Below are positions 8,630 to 18,300 of a DNA stretch of 64,000 nt, in pieces. Source of the DNA: a virus. The notes under the pieces were generated by a model that was not told the origin of the DNA, did no database searches, and saw only the letters and a program-made list of their open reading frames with translations. Where the stretch lies: IMG/VR virus record IMGVR_UViG_3300019360_000001; one strand, 5' to 3'. The position numbers and the translations under genes are program-made. Numbering within the stretch: position 1 is the stretch's first letter; every line of letters begins with the position of its first letter.

Positions 8630-10636
8630 ATGCCAGAAAAAAGAAAATATATTTCTAAGTCAGCAAAACTACAAATAAAAGAAACGAATGAATTTTTAGC
8701 CAAGGCTAGTCACGAAGACTTAGCTGTTGCTAATAGATCTCCTTGGAACGTTAGTCCTGCAAACATCAAGTTTGATGGCGCAACAGAAATGACAGGCAAT
8801 GCTAATCATACGGCAAATATAATCAAAACAAGAATAGCATCTTGTCGTGAAGCATATGAAAATGCCGGGATTATAGGAAATGCAATAGACTTAATGGTTG
8901 ACTTTGCACTGGAAGGGTTTGATATAGTACATGAAGATCCTGCGATACAGACATTTTATCAGTCTTGGGCGACAAAAATTGATCTTGGCAGCATATGCAT
9001 GCAAATACTAAAGTGTTATTTTAGAGACGGCAACGTGCCAATATATACATCAAGAGGTAGGATTAAAGCCAAAGAGATTAATACACTTAAAAAGGCTGTA
9101 TCTGCTAAAACACTTTTCATTAATGATAAAAACCCAGCAAAAGTAATTCCTTATAAATACCAAATACTAGATATAATGAATCTTGATAGATATGGCAGTG
9201 AAACATTAGGAGATGTTAGATATCAGTATAAAATTTCTCTTGATGATTATGCTCTTATTAGGTCGCCAAAAACAGAACAAGACCAGGCATCTGTTAAAAG
9301 CCTAGAAAATAATATTTCAGAAGAAGATTTTAACACCATGAAAGAAGGTGGATACATAAACATAGCGGCCGATAGACTAATAATACTATACTACAAGAAA
9401 GATGACTATAGAGCTTGGGCCAACCCTATGTTTTGGCGTATTATATCAGACATTCAATATAAAAAGCTGATGCGTGACATGGATATTAGCATATGCGAAA
9501 GCGTAATTAACACATTAACCATTGTATCTCTCGGAGCAACTAAAGAAGGATTGCCACCAGATGAAAACGTTCTAAAAAGATTTGCCAGTCTTCTTAAAAC
9601 ACCATCTAAATCTCAAACTATAGTTTGGAATGATCTAATTGATATTAAGTCTTCTTATCCGCCCGTTGATACAATTTTAGGGAAAGAGAAGTATGAACAA
9701 GTTGATGCCGATATCAGGGCCGGACTTGGAATTGCAGAAGTTGTATTAAATGGACAAGGAAATAACTATTCTAATTCATTTTTGTCTGTTAAAACTCTTT
9801 TGGAAAGATTAGAGGGTGGCAGACAAGTTTTATTAGAATGGCTAACCGAAGAAACAAACAAGGTGGCAAAGGCGATGGGCTTTAAGAAGCCAGCTTGGTT
9901 TAAAATGCATCACATGTCATTAAGAGATGAGGATGCAGAAAAGAAACTATTATTAGAACTTGTTGACAGGAATATGCTTTCTTATCAGACTTGTGTTGAT
10001 CGATTCGGGGAAAACTTTGAAATAGAAGTTGCTAGAATGCGACAAGAAGACAATTTGCGCCGCAAAGAAGAAAGAAAATATCCATTTTTGATTACTAAAG
10101 TGGGTAAATTTGGTCCAATGATGAATCAAGGGCCTATGCCTACAATAGAAATATTAGATTCTTCTACAACAGAAGATTTAAAAAACAAGCCTGTCTCTAA
10201 AAAACAATCACCATTTATACAAGAAGAAAAGGGGAAATTAGGCGGAAGACCTATTTTAACGAAAAAGACGCAAAAGAAGAAAGAAACACCACGAACTAAG
10301 CCAAAAGGCCAAAAGGTTACATCTTATATCAAATTTGATAATGTATATAGTATTATAGAAAGATCTTTTGTTCAAGGAAGAAAAGTGGGCAAATTTGAGG
10401 ACTTAGACAATAAAGACAAGCAAAATATATATAATAGCGTTGCTATTGTTCTTGGATCTGACTATTGCCAAGATCATATGACTACACAAGACATAAAAAA
10501 CGTATTAAATAATGACAAAAATAAAAATAAACTATTCAATTTGTTTAGTGTCTCTATTGAATCTTATAAAAAATCAAAAGGAGAATATCCAAGTTTCCAG
10601 CAACAGAGAAAAATTATAGAAAGCCTTATAGAATAA
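8630..10636 (+). CDS. Portal protein
   Basis: Directly follows TerL; 668 aa; basic low-complexity GGRP C-terminal tail typical of portals. Confidence 0.75.
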   Translation: MPEKRKYISKSAKLQIKETNEFLAKASHEDLAVANRSPWNVSPANIKFDGATEMTGNANHTANIIKTRIASCREAYENAGIIGNAIDLMVDFALEGFDIVHEDPAIQTFYQSWATKIDLGSICMQILKCYFRDGNVPIYTSRGRIKAKEINTLKKAVSAKTLFINDKNPAKVIPYKYQILDIMNLDRYGSETLGDVRYQYKISLDDYALIRSPKTEQDQASVKSLENNISEEDFNTMKEGGYINIAADRLIILYYKKDDYRAWANPMFWRIISDIQYKKLMRDMDISICESVINTLTIVSLGATKEGLPPDENVLKRFASLLKTPSKSQTIVWNDLIDIKSSYPPVDTILGKEKYEQVDADIRAGLGIAEVVLNGQGNNYSNSFLSVKTLLERLEGGRQVLLEWLTEETNKVAKAMGFKKPAWFKMHHMSLRDEDAEKKLLLELVDRNMLSYQTCVDRFGENFEIEVARMRQEDNLRRKEERKYPFLITKVGKFGPMMNQGPMPTIEILDSSTTEDLKNKPVSKKQSPFIQEEKGKLGGRPILTKKTQKKKETPRTKPKGQKVTSYIKFDNVYSIIERSFVQGRKVGKFEDLDNKDKQNIYNSVAIVLGSDYCQDHMTTQDIKNVLNNDKNKNKLFNLFSVSIESYKKSKGEYPSFQQQRKIIESLIE

Positions 10637-10645
10637 GGAGTTACG

Positions 10646-10990
10646 ATGGAACTTTACCAGTGGATGATAGACTCGGCTGGAAAATGGGGACTGGGTATAG
10701 TTTTATCTATTTTATTGTTTTTTCTGTTTCGTAAGGTTCTTAGTAGGGTTTTGGATTCATTCACTGAAGAACGTAATATCTATATAGACTTACTTAAAGA
10801 TAAAAATATGACAATAGATAATCACATTGATCATATGACTAAAAGTAATGATAGACTTTATGAGATTCTATCAGAGCTTAGAACTAATGTGGTTGTTCAA
10901 AAAGAGTGTATGGACAAAGGATTTGTTAAAGTAGTGGATGCCATAAAAGATCAAACTACTATTTTGTCAGATAGATTAAAGAATAATTAA
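10646..10990 (+). CDS. Single-TM membrane protein, holin-like
   Basis: N-terminal transmembrane helix (WGLGIVLSILLFFLF) followed by a coiled coil; GGAG RBS. Confidence 0.5.
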   Translation: MELYQWMIDSAGKWGLGIVLSILLFFLFRKVLSRVLDSFTEERNIYIDLLKDKNMTIDNHIDHMTKSNDRLYEILSELRTNVVVQKECMDKGFVKVVDAIKDQTTILSDRLKNN

Positions 10991-11001
10991 CTGGAGGAAA
11001 T

Positions 11002-12453
11002 ATGGATCGTAATGCTTATCCTGATTGTGCATTTGCTTATGTTGGAAAGATTAATGGTTATGACTTTAAACTTTTTAGGCATCACACAGAAAAAGCCAAA
11101 AATGGCAATGATCATGATACAGTCAATCCTACGCTTCTAAGAGCTTGTATTAGAACAGTTAATACTTTGCCAATAGATAATAGTACAAAAGTGGAAATAA
11201 AAGCCCATCTTTTAATGCATGCTGCTTCGATCTTTAAACTTGATACTTCAGATCCAGAAACTGCAATAAAAATACTATCTCAGCAAGATGGTGGCTCTCC
11301 AGAAGTTGCTAATAAAAACTTGACCAAAACAGAACATGAGGTCATCGAACCCCAAATGGTAGCAAACGATGATAAAAATAGCCCAAACAAGGCAGGCCAA
11401 GCCACTGCACAAGAAGATTCGGCAAAGGCCGGTAAAGTTCTTCCGGGAGCCGAAGAAGTAGTTCCAAGTCCAGAAAAAGCAGGATCAGATAAGCCATTGG
11501 CTGACTCAGAACCTTATAGCACAGGAAAAACTATTGATGTTGATAATGCCGAGAAATTAATTAACAACCCAAATACCGACAAGGTTGGCAAGGCTTCTGT
11601 TACCGAAGAAGAAGATAAAAAAAAAGTAAATGAAGCTGTAAAAAAGAATAAGAAATCTAAAAAGAAAAGACTAAAAAGATCTACATATTCCGCCAATGAT
11701 TTGGTTCTTAGCAAAAGTGGAATTATTGGTATAGTAAATGAAATTAAGGACGAAAAGCCAATAGTTACAGCAATTAAAAACGGTGAACCAATAACAGAAG
11801 AGTTTGAATTACTAGCCCAAACTGAAGCAGATCTAAAATCAACTAGTGGCGGGATAATTTTCTTGGATAATGCTGAACAGCTGATAGAAAGCCCAAACCA
11901 AGATAAAGTTGGAAAAGCAAGTTTTAGTAAACTTGTTTTAGCGGAAAACCTAACAGAAGTTGGTCGAAAATTGGTAATTAATAGATTTGCTGCTGCATTA
12001 AAAGGAAAAACTATAGCCAAAATTCAAAAAGTTACAAAAGTAGCGTCTGTTGAAATGGTTGATATACTTATTGGCGACAAAGATTATCCAATGTATTGTA
12101 TGGTAAATGTTACTCGTAATGGAGAAGGTAAAGTTACTAGTGTTAAAATACTTAATGAATCTCTTCCAGGAGAGGCACTAGAAGATTTTGCTAAGTTTCT
12201 AAAAGATCTTTCTGCAGAAGCTTATGATCCATACGTAGAAAAAGTTGAAACTGCAAAAGCAGATATAATTCCAGATTTAGCTACTGCTCCTGCTAAATTA
12301 GAAAAATGCACCAAAGATGTTTTAGCTGACAAGGTAAAGAAATATAAAGAAAAACACGGCGGAAAAGATCCTTCTGAAAAAGAAAGAAAGGCAATGGAGT
12401 CTAGTGCTTACGCTATTTGCACAGCCAGCTTGAAAAAGTCAGGGACAATGTAA
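11002..12453 (+). CDS. Head morphogenesis / internal head protein
   Basis: Lies between portal and protease; GGAGG RBS; internal repeat DNAEKLINNPNTDKVGKAS / DNAEQLIESPNQDKVGKAS; C-terminal SSAYAICTAS motif. Confidence 0.5.
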   Translation: MDRNAYPDCAFAYVGKINGYDFKLFRHHTEKAKNGNDHDTVNPTLLRACIRTVNTLPIDNSTKVEIKAHLLMHAASIFKLDTSDPETAIKILSQQDGGSPEVANKNLTKTEHEVIEPQMVANDDKNSPNKAGQATAQEDSAKAGKVLPGAEEVVPSPEKAGSDKPLADSEPYSTGKTIDVDNAEKLINNPNTDKVGKASVTEEEDKKKVNEAVKKNKKSKKKRLKRSTYSANDLVLSKSGIIGIVNEIKDEKPIVTAIKNGEPITEEFELLAQTEADLKSTSGGIIFLDNAEQLIESPNQDKVGKASFSKLVLAENLTEVGRKLVINRFAAALKGKTIAKIQKVTKVASVEMVDILIGDKDYPMYCMVNVTRNGEGKVTSVKILNESLPGEALEDFAKFLKDLSAEAYDPYVEKVETAKADIIPDLATAPAKLEKCTKDVLADKVKKYKEKHGGKDPSEKERKAMESSAYAICTASLKKSGTM

Positions 12454-12454
12454 T

Positions 12455-13831
12455 ATGGAACAAATGAAAACATATTTTTTAGCGAAGGCTAGTGTTGTTG
12501 AAACTGGTGAAGATGTTGACATAGAATCCATAAAAACTTATGCCAAAGTGTCAGATGATACCAAATTGGAAAAGCAAAAAGACTTAATGTATATTGTTTC
12601 TATTTTGCTTTCTATTGGCGCTAATAAAAATGACGATTTCTTTCTTGCTAATGAAATTTTGCCAGTTAGAAATACTGGTGCTCATAAACCTTTGAATATG
12701 GAACATTCTAATGATAAGATAGTTGGGCATATAGTTAGGACATATGCTACTCTAAAAGATGGGTCAATTGTTCCTAATAGCAAGAATCCTGATACTGATA
12801 ATTTTGACATAACTTCTGAAGCTGTAATGTATAAGTTTATTTTTCCAGAATTAGCTGATGAAGTAAAACAATTAGCAAAAGCAGGAAAACTGTTCGTTTC
12901 TGTTGAAGCTTGGTTTTCTAATTTTGACTATCTTGTTGGTACGAAAATAGTTAAAAGAAATAAAGATACTGCGCCAATATTAGATCATCATCTTAAGGCT
13001 AATGGAGGAGATGGGGTATTTGAGAATAAAAAGGTTCGTAGAGTATTAAGAAATATTACTATAGGCGGGCAAGGAATTGTTAAAACACCTGCAAATCCCA
13101 CAAGTCTAATAAAAAGCGTTGCGTCAATGACTCCAGAGTTCGTATTAGAAGATATAAAGGATGAAATCATAAAGAATAACATTACAGAAGATATTTTGTA
13201 TTTGGCTACCGCCAAGGAGAAAACTATGGACTTTCAAGACGAAGTAATCGAGGAATTGGCTCAAGTTATTGCTGCACAAAAGGTTTTGGCTTTAAAGACA
13301 GAACCAGATAAAGTTGAGATTAATACCATTCCAGAAGTAAAGGCCTTAATTGAAAGGGTTTCTGCTCTAGAAAGTGGAAATAAAGACCTAAAAGAAAAGG
13401 TTAATGCATTTGAGGCCAAAGAGGAAATTGGGAACAGGAAAGCTCAACTTAAGAAAATGGGTCTATCTGATTCATTTATCGAAGCTAATGAACCAGCACT
13501 TTCTTGCGTTAAAGAGAATTTTGATGCATTTATTAAACTTCTTGGTGCTGCTATTTCAGATTCTAAACCACAAAAGGCAATTAATACAGAATTAGAAGTA
13601 AAAGAAGTTAAAGAGGCAGAAGTGGTTAAAAGCGATGAAAGTACCGAAATTGAAGAAGATGGGCAAGATGAAGACGTAATAACTATCGAAGAACTTGAAT
13701 TGGTTGATAAAGAAATTAAAATAGAAACAGATGGCAAGAGTGGTTCTTCGCCACAAGATATAATTTCTAGAAAGCTAAGTCAATTGATGGGTTCTAAAAG
13801 CAATAAGTGGTTAAAGATTTTTAAGAAATAA
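12455..13831 (+). CDS. Prohead protease with C-terminal scaffold-like region
   Basis: NKNDDFF, PLNMEH..IVGHI, VSVEAWF and G.G.VKTPANP.S motifs, followed by an acidic coiled coil; upstream of the capsid genes. Confidence 0.75.
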   Translation: MEQMKTYFLAKASVVETGEDVDIESIKTYAKVSDDTKLEKQKDLMYIVSILLSIGANKNDDFFLANEILPVRNTGAHKPLNMEHSNDKIVGHIVRTYATLKDGSIVPNSKNPDTDNFDITSEAVMYKFIFPELADEVKQLAKAGKLFVSVEAWFSNFDYLVGTKIVKRNKDTAPILDHHLKANGGDGVFENKKVRRVLRNITIGGQGIVKTPANPTSLIKSVASMTPEFVLEDIKDEIIKNNITEDILYLATAKEKTMDFQDEVIEELAQVIAAQKVLALKTEPDKVEINTIPEVKALIERVSALESGNKDLKEKVNAFEAKEEIGNRKAQLKKMGLSDSFIEANEPALSCVKENFDAFIKLLGAAISDSKPQKAINTELEVKEVKEAEVVKSDESTEIEEDGQDEDVITIEELELVDKEIKIETDGKSGSSPQDIISRKLSQLMGSKSNKWLKIFKK

Positions 13832-13843
13832 TAAGGAGGAAGA

Positions 13844-14293
13844 ATGGCGACTAAACCACATCAAGTAGTTACAAGTGATGACATTAACTTTGTTTGCGAT
13901 AACGTAGTTGCAGAGGGATATGTCGTTCAGTATACAACCGGCGGACATGTGAAAAAGAGTAATAACGTCGGCGATAAAGTTGCCGGTATTATTCTAGAAA
14001 ATGTTGTTGCAGGTCTTCATCCAACCAACATTAGTTTTGGGGAAGAAACTGGTACAGTTGACAATGCCAAGAACTTCTCAAAGAATCAGACGCACGTTTC
14101 AGGAGTTGTTCGTCTGATGCGAATTGGTCAGATTGTTACTAATGCAGTTTCTGGCTCCTTTTCGGTTGGTGATATTGTAAAGAATATGGCCGGTGGGCTT
14201 ATGCGAGTTGGGGGTGGAGGCCAAACAGTTGGTCATGCTCTTTCAACAAAGAGTTCCGACGGTTACGTTAAGATTTTCGTTAATATAGCTTAA
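13844..14293 (+). CDS. Head decoration / cement protein
   Basis: 149 aa, Gly/Val-rich beta protein immediately upstream of the MCP; strong AAGGAGG RBS. Confidence 0.7.
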   Translation: MATKPHQVVTSDDINFVCDNVVAEGYVVQYTTGGHVKKSNNVGDKVAGIILENVVAGLHPTNISFGEETGTVDNAKNFSKNQTHVSGVVRLMRIGQIVTNAVSGSFSVGDIVKNMAGGLMRVGGGGQTVGHALSTKSSDGYVKIFVNIA

Positions 14294-14333
14294 TTTGGTT
14301 TATTGGAAATAAAAATTTTTTTGGAGGTGTATA

Positions 14334-15350
14334 ATGGAAGTCAAGGTTGACGGCAAAACCATTGCAAGTTTTAAAGACGATGCTACTAATGCAGATGTTC
14401 TGCTTAAGGCTACTGCTTCGGGAGACTCTGCGGAAGCATATAATGCTCGAAAAGCAATTGCTGCTGCGCTTGAACAAGCATGGCGAGCAGGCGTTCTAGA
14501 GCCAGACACTCTTGGTACTATTTTCCAACGAATTGATCTCCCTGGCGGAGTAGATGCCAAGTTTCCACTTGATTTCTATTCTCCAGAAAAAGAAGGGAAT
14601 TACAAAGGCTTTGTTGTTCCAAAGCAAGGAGCAATCCCTGATCAAATAATCGAAGGCGATGAAATTCGAGTTCCAACTTATAAGATTGCCAATGCAATTT
14701 CTTGGTCTCTTGATTATGCAAGAGATGCTCGTTGGGATGTTATTGCACGGGCACTTGAAGTTTTTACTAACGGTTTCGTTCGCAAGATTAATGATGACGG
14801 TTGGCACGTAGTTCTAAAGGCTGGTAATACTAATTCTCAGTCAGTTGTTCAGGACGCATCTGCATCGGCCGGCGAGTTTACTAAGGCTTTGCTCACAAAT
14901 ATGATGGTTAAGATGTTGCGTCAGACTGGCGGGCGAAATGCTCGTCTGACTGACCTTTATCTTTCTCCAGAAGGTCTTGCAGATATTCTAAATTTTGATG
15001 ATACTACTGTTGGTAGTATTTATCTCAATTCTCTACTCTTTAAGCGAGAAGATGAATTAACGTCATTGTTTGGGGTAAGACTTCATGAACTACAAGAACT
15101 TGGAGAAAGTCAGGAATATGAGTCTTTCCTAGTGACTACACTAGGTCGTGCTCATACTGGTGGCGATCTTGAGTTCTGTGTAGGACTTGATTTACAACAC
15201 CGAGATTCATTCGTAATGCCAGTTCGGCAAAATATGGAAATGTATGATGATCCAGCATTGCATCGTTCAATGAAGGCTGGGCTATACGGATGGTTAGAAC
15301 TTGGAATGGCAGCACTTGATATTCGTAGAGCCATTATAGGTTCTTTCTAA
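14334..15350 (+). CDS. Major capsid protein (HK97-like fold inferred)
   Basis: 338 aa; follows protease and decoration genes; GGAGG RBS; followed by a strong terminator. Confidence 0.8.
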   Translation: MEVKVDGKTIASFKDDATNADVLLKATASGDSAEAYNARKAIAAALEQAWRAGVLEPDTLGTIFQRIDLPGGVDAKFPLDFYSPEKEGNYKGFVVPKQGAIPDQIIEGDEIRVPTYKIANAISWSLDYARDARWDVIARALEVFTNGFVRKINDDGWHVVLKAGNTNSQSVVQDASASAGEFTKALLTNMMVKMLRQTGGRNARLTDLYLSPEGLADILNFDDTTVGSIYLNSLLFKREDELTSLFGVRLHELQELGESQEYESFLVTTLGRAHTGGDLEFCVGLDLQHRDSFVMPVRQNMEMYDDPALHRSMKAGLYGWLELGMAALDIRRAIIGSF

Positions 15351-15364
15351 TAATTAAGTCAATT

Positions 15365-15403
15365 AAAGAAATGCCCCGGATACCCGCCGGGGCTTCTTTT
15401 TTT
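15365..15403 (+). terminator. Rho-independent terminator after the MCP gene
   Basis: GCCCCGG (15373-79), loop, CCGGGGC (15387-93), then TTCTTTTTTT. Confidence 0.88.
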
Positions 15404-15415
15404 GCCTCTTCTGTC

Positions 15416-15434
15416 AAGTTCGTAATATATATTA
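15416..15434 (+). promoter_or_regulatory. Candidate phage late promoter (AAGnnCGTAATAT)
   Basis: Immediately after the terminator and before the RBS of 15448; the same motif occurs at 10767 and 53176. Confidence 0.5.
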
Positions 15435-15447
15435 AAGGAGAGGGAAA

Positions 15448-16929
15448 TTGGCTACAGAAGTTATAAAATCTATAAATCCTCTTGGCGGAGGGGATTATAT
15501 AAGTTTAGCTGCTTGGGTTGCTGATAGACAAGGGGATTTGGTATCTAGAGATACAATAGAAATTGCAGAAATATATGGTGGCGAATCTGTAGGAATATTA
15601 GACTTACAGGCATCAGGATGGACCACTAATTCAACGCATTATATTATTGTTAGAGCAGCATCAAATCAAGGTCACGACGGAATATTTAATATAAATAAAG
15701 CATATGTAAAAACAACATCTGGTCCTGCCATGGTTGTGGGGGTTCCTTATACTCGAATAGGGACCGGAATTTCAATAGAAACTACAGATTCATCTGTCAC
15801 GGTTCCTTCTTTATATTGTGATGCCGGTACCGGAACTTGCATATTTGAAGGATTAATAGTAAGAAATCTCAATGGCTATACGGCTAGGATGTTTTCTTCT
15901 TCTCCGTTGGCGGCAAATGGAAATTTGGCCAGAAATTGTGTATTTTTACATGGAAATGGCAAAGAAACATATTGCATCGAAACCGGAGATATAAGCGGCA
16001 CTACTCCTGGTGTTCATTTTACATTTTATAATTGTACAATAGTACAGCTTAGACTAGATGAAGATTGCGTGTTTACTAGGGCATCTTCTCCTCCGTCTGA
16101 TAATGCGGCTTTTGAAAATTGTTATTTTTATGGCAATGAAATAATATATGGTGGTAACGGTGGTACTATAAAAGGCGATAATGATGCAACTAGTAATAAT
16201 GAAGCAAAGCAATCTGGCCTAAGAAATGTTCTTCTTAATACCGATAATTTTACTAATGTTGACTATAGTACATTTGATGCCAGAATAAAACCAGCCTCTG
16301 TTTTAGTTAAAGCCGGCAAAAACTTGTCTGCCGGTATTTTTGGCTTTGAAATAGATTACGAAGAAGATCCCAGAGATGGCCCATTTGATATAGGCGCAGA
16401 TGAAATATATCCAAATGAAATAGTAGATCTTATAGATATGATTCAGACAGATCTAGGGCTGGATTCTTCTTTTACAGAGTCAATGATTAATACTTTCATT
16501 ATTAAAGCTATCAGAAGAATAAATAGGAGACTAGGCTTTACTGGGACAAGCAATGAAATTTCAATTGATTTTGAAAGAAAACTAATAACTCCAACGCCAA
16601 ACGATACAATACTTGATTTAATCATTATGCAAACGGAATGTTTAATAATGAAAAATAAGTCAAGCAAAGCAGGAAGTTCGGGCATAAGACTTAAAGATGG
16701 AGATTCTGAAGTTGATTTGGGAGCAGGAGCCAAGGTTACTATTGATTTAACAAATTCAATATGCAAAGAACTAAATGATGCAATTATAGAATATCTTTAT
16801 AGAGCAACTCAGGGCGATGTAATATGGTATGGAAACAGAAGAATTACACAAGATATGGACCACGATAACGAGGGGGATGGATCAGAAAGAGATTTTAGTT
16901 CTCCGTTTGATAGTTCAAGAGGCGCATAA
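15448..16929 (+). CDS. Beta-helix module fused to a putative head-tail adaptor domain
   Basis: TTG start with AAGGAG RBS. The first ~320 aa are the repeated GGDY...DIGADE module; the C-terminal helical domain (IDMIQTDLG..FIIKAIRRIN..IRLKDGDSEVD) resembles neck adaptors; first gene after the MCP. Confidence 0.6.
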   Translation: MATEVIKSINPLGGGDYISLAAWVADRQGDLVSRDTIEIAEIYGGESVGILDLQASGWTTNSTHYIIVRAASNQGHDGIFNINKAYVKTTSGPAMVVGVPYTRIGTGISIETTDSSVTVPSLYCDAGTGTCIFEGLIVRNLNGYTARMFSSSPLAANGNLARNCVFLHGNGKETYCIETGDISGTTPGVHFTFYNCTIVQLRLDEDCVFTRASSPPSDNAAFENCYFYGNEIIYGGNGGTIKGDNDATSNNEAKQSGLRNVLLNTDNFTNVDYSTFDARIKPASVLVKAGKNLSAGIFGFEIDYEEDPRDGPFDIGADEIYPNEIVDLIDMIQTDLGLDSSFTESMINTFIIKAIRRINRRLGFTGTSNEISIDFERKLITPTPNDTILDLIIMQTECLIMKNKSSKAGSSGIRLKDGDSEVDLGAGAKVTIDLTNSICKELNDAIIEYLYRATQGDVIWYGNRRITQDMDHDNEGDGSERDFSSPFDSSRGA

Positions 16930-18290
16930 TGCCAGATCCTTTTTATGCATCACTTAGACCAAAGGGCGGAAGCCCTTATAATAAAAGAGAATTATTATTT
17001 GGTAGCGGATTATTCGTTAATCAAGTAGGTACTAGAATTTATATTGATTTAAATTCTCAGTCTTTTGTTTCTGGAGTAATCGGTCCACAAGGTCCATCAG
17101 GAAATCAAGGCATTCAAGGATTACAAGGAATTCAGGGAATAGCAGGACAAGACGGAGAAGATGGGCAAGATGGAGCAACAGGATCTCAAGGCCCTACAGG
17201 TCCTTCTGGTGCAATTGGACCACAAGGTGATCAAGGAATTCAAGGGCTACAAGGTATACAAGGCAACCAAGGGATTCAAGGTATCCAAGGAGTTGCTGGA
17301 CCATCTGGTTTAAGCACAGCAGACCCACAACTAAGAGAAGATTTTACTAATGCTTCTGGAGTATGGGTGAAAGATGGAACTAATCTTGGACTTGGCAAAA
17401 AAGTTTTCAAGCAAAAAAACGCCTTAAATAACTTAGAATTTAGAACTATAATTGCTGGGAGCGGTATACAGTTAACTGAAAATAGCAATGATATTGTATT
17501 TGACAATACCTTAGTTGATGATCTTGCATTAACAGATAGTATAGCAACAAAACTACGTACTGATTTTAGTAATGCATCTGGCCTATGGATAAAAACAGCT
17601 AGCAATATTGGTTCTTCAGGTATTGGTCTATTCAAGCAAAAATATGGCTCCAATCTTGAATTCAAGAAAATAGTTGCTGAATCTAACATTACTATAACAG
17701 AAAATACTAGTTCTTTGACATTTAATAGTGATGACACAAGCAAAATTAGTACATCTTCTAATTCTGGCTCTGGAATTACAATTGCCAAAACAAAGCTTGG
17801 AACAGATTTGCCATTTAAATCATTAGTTGGCGGTGATGCTTGTACAGTAAATAGTCAAGAAAACGAGATTGTTGTTAATTGTGGACAAGATCAATTTACT
17901 ATTATAGGAGCTTCAACATCTTGGCCATTGCAACCTTCTACTTTACAAGAATTTTCTAATAATAATCAAAGAAGAATAACAGTTGATTTGATAAATTATA
18001 AAAAGTTTAGAATATTAGCTAATGTAAATACTACTGGCTCTGCTTCTTCTGTATTAGGCATTCAATATTCATTAGATGGTGGATCTACGTGGAAAGGAAT
18101 GAACAACGGAACATCAGGTTCTAATAGTACAACAACGCTTTCTTTAAATGGGACGGGATCAAAAGTGAGTTCTTGGGCAAATATATCATCTGAGGCCATT
18201 ACGTATAATATTCTAGTAAGAATAGCTGGATCTGGCGGCAATTCTCTTGCTAGTCCGGCAGTGACTTTATTTGCTATACAATTCAAGTAA
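16929..18290 (+). CDS. Collagen-like fibre protein
   Basis: Uninterrupted Gly-X-Y run plus two or three repeats LRxDFxNASGxW..FKQK..LEF. Confidence 0.75.
   Translation: MPDPFYASLRPKGGSPYNKRELLFGSGLFVNQVGTRIYIDLNSQSFVSGVIGPQGPSGNQGIQGLQGIQGIAGQDGEDGQDGATGSQGPTGPSGAIGPQGDQGIQGLQGIQGNQGIQGIQGVAGPSGLSTADPQLREDFTNASGVWVKDGTNLGLGKKVFKQKNALNNLEFRTIIAGSGIQLTENSNDIVFDNTLVDDLALTDSIATKLRTDFSNASGLWIKTASNIGSSGIGLFKQKYGSNLEFKKIVAESNITITENTSSLTFNSDDTSKISTSSNSGSGITIAKTKLGTDLPFKSLVGGDACTVNSQENEIVVNCGQDQFTIIGASTSWPLQPSTLQEFSNNNQRRITVDLINYKKFRILANVNTTGSASSVLGIQYSLDGGSTWKGMNNGTSGSNSTTTLSLNGTGSKVSSWANISSEAITYNILVRIAGSGGNSLASPAVTLFAIQFK
17073..17309 (+). repeat. Collagen Gly-X-Y repeat, about 26 triplets
   Basis: GVIGPQGPSGNQGIQGLQ...GVAGPSG. 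Confidence 0.92.
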
Positions 18291-18300
18291 TAAGGTATTT

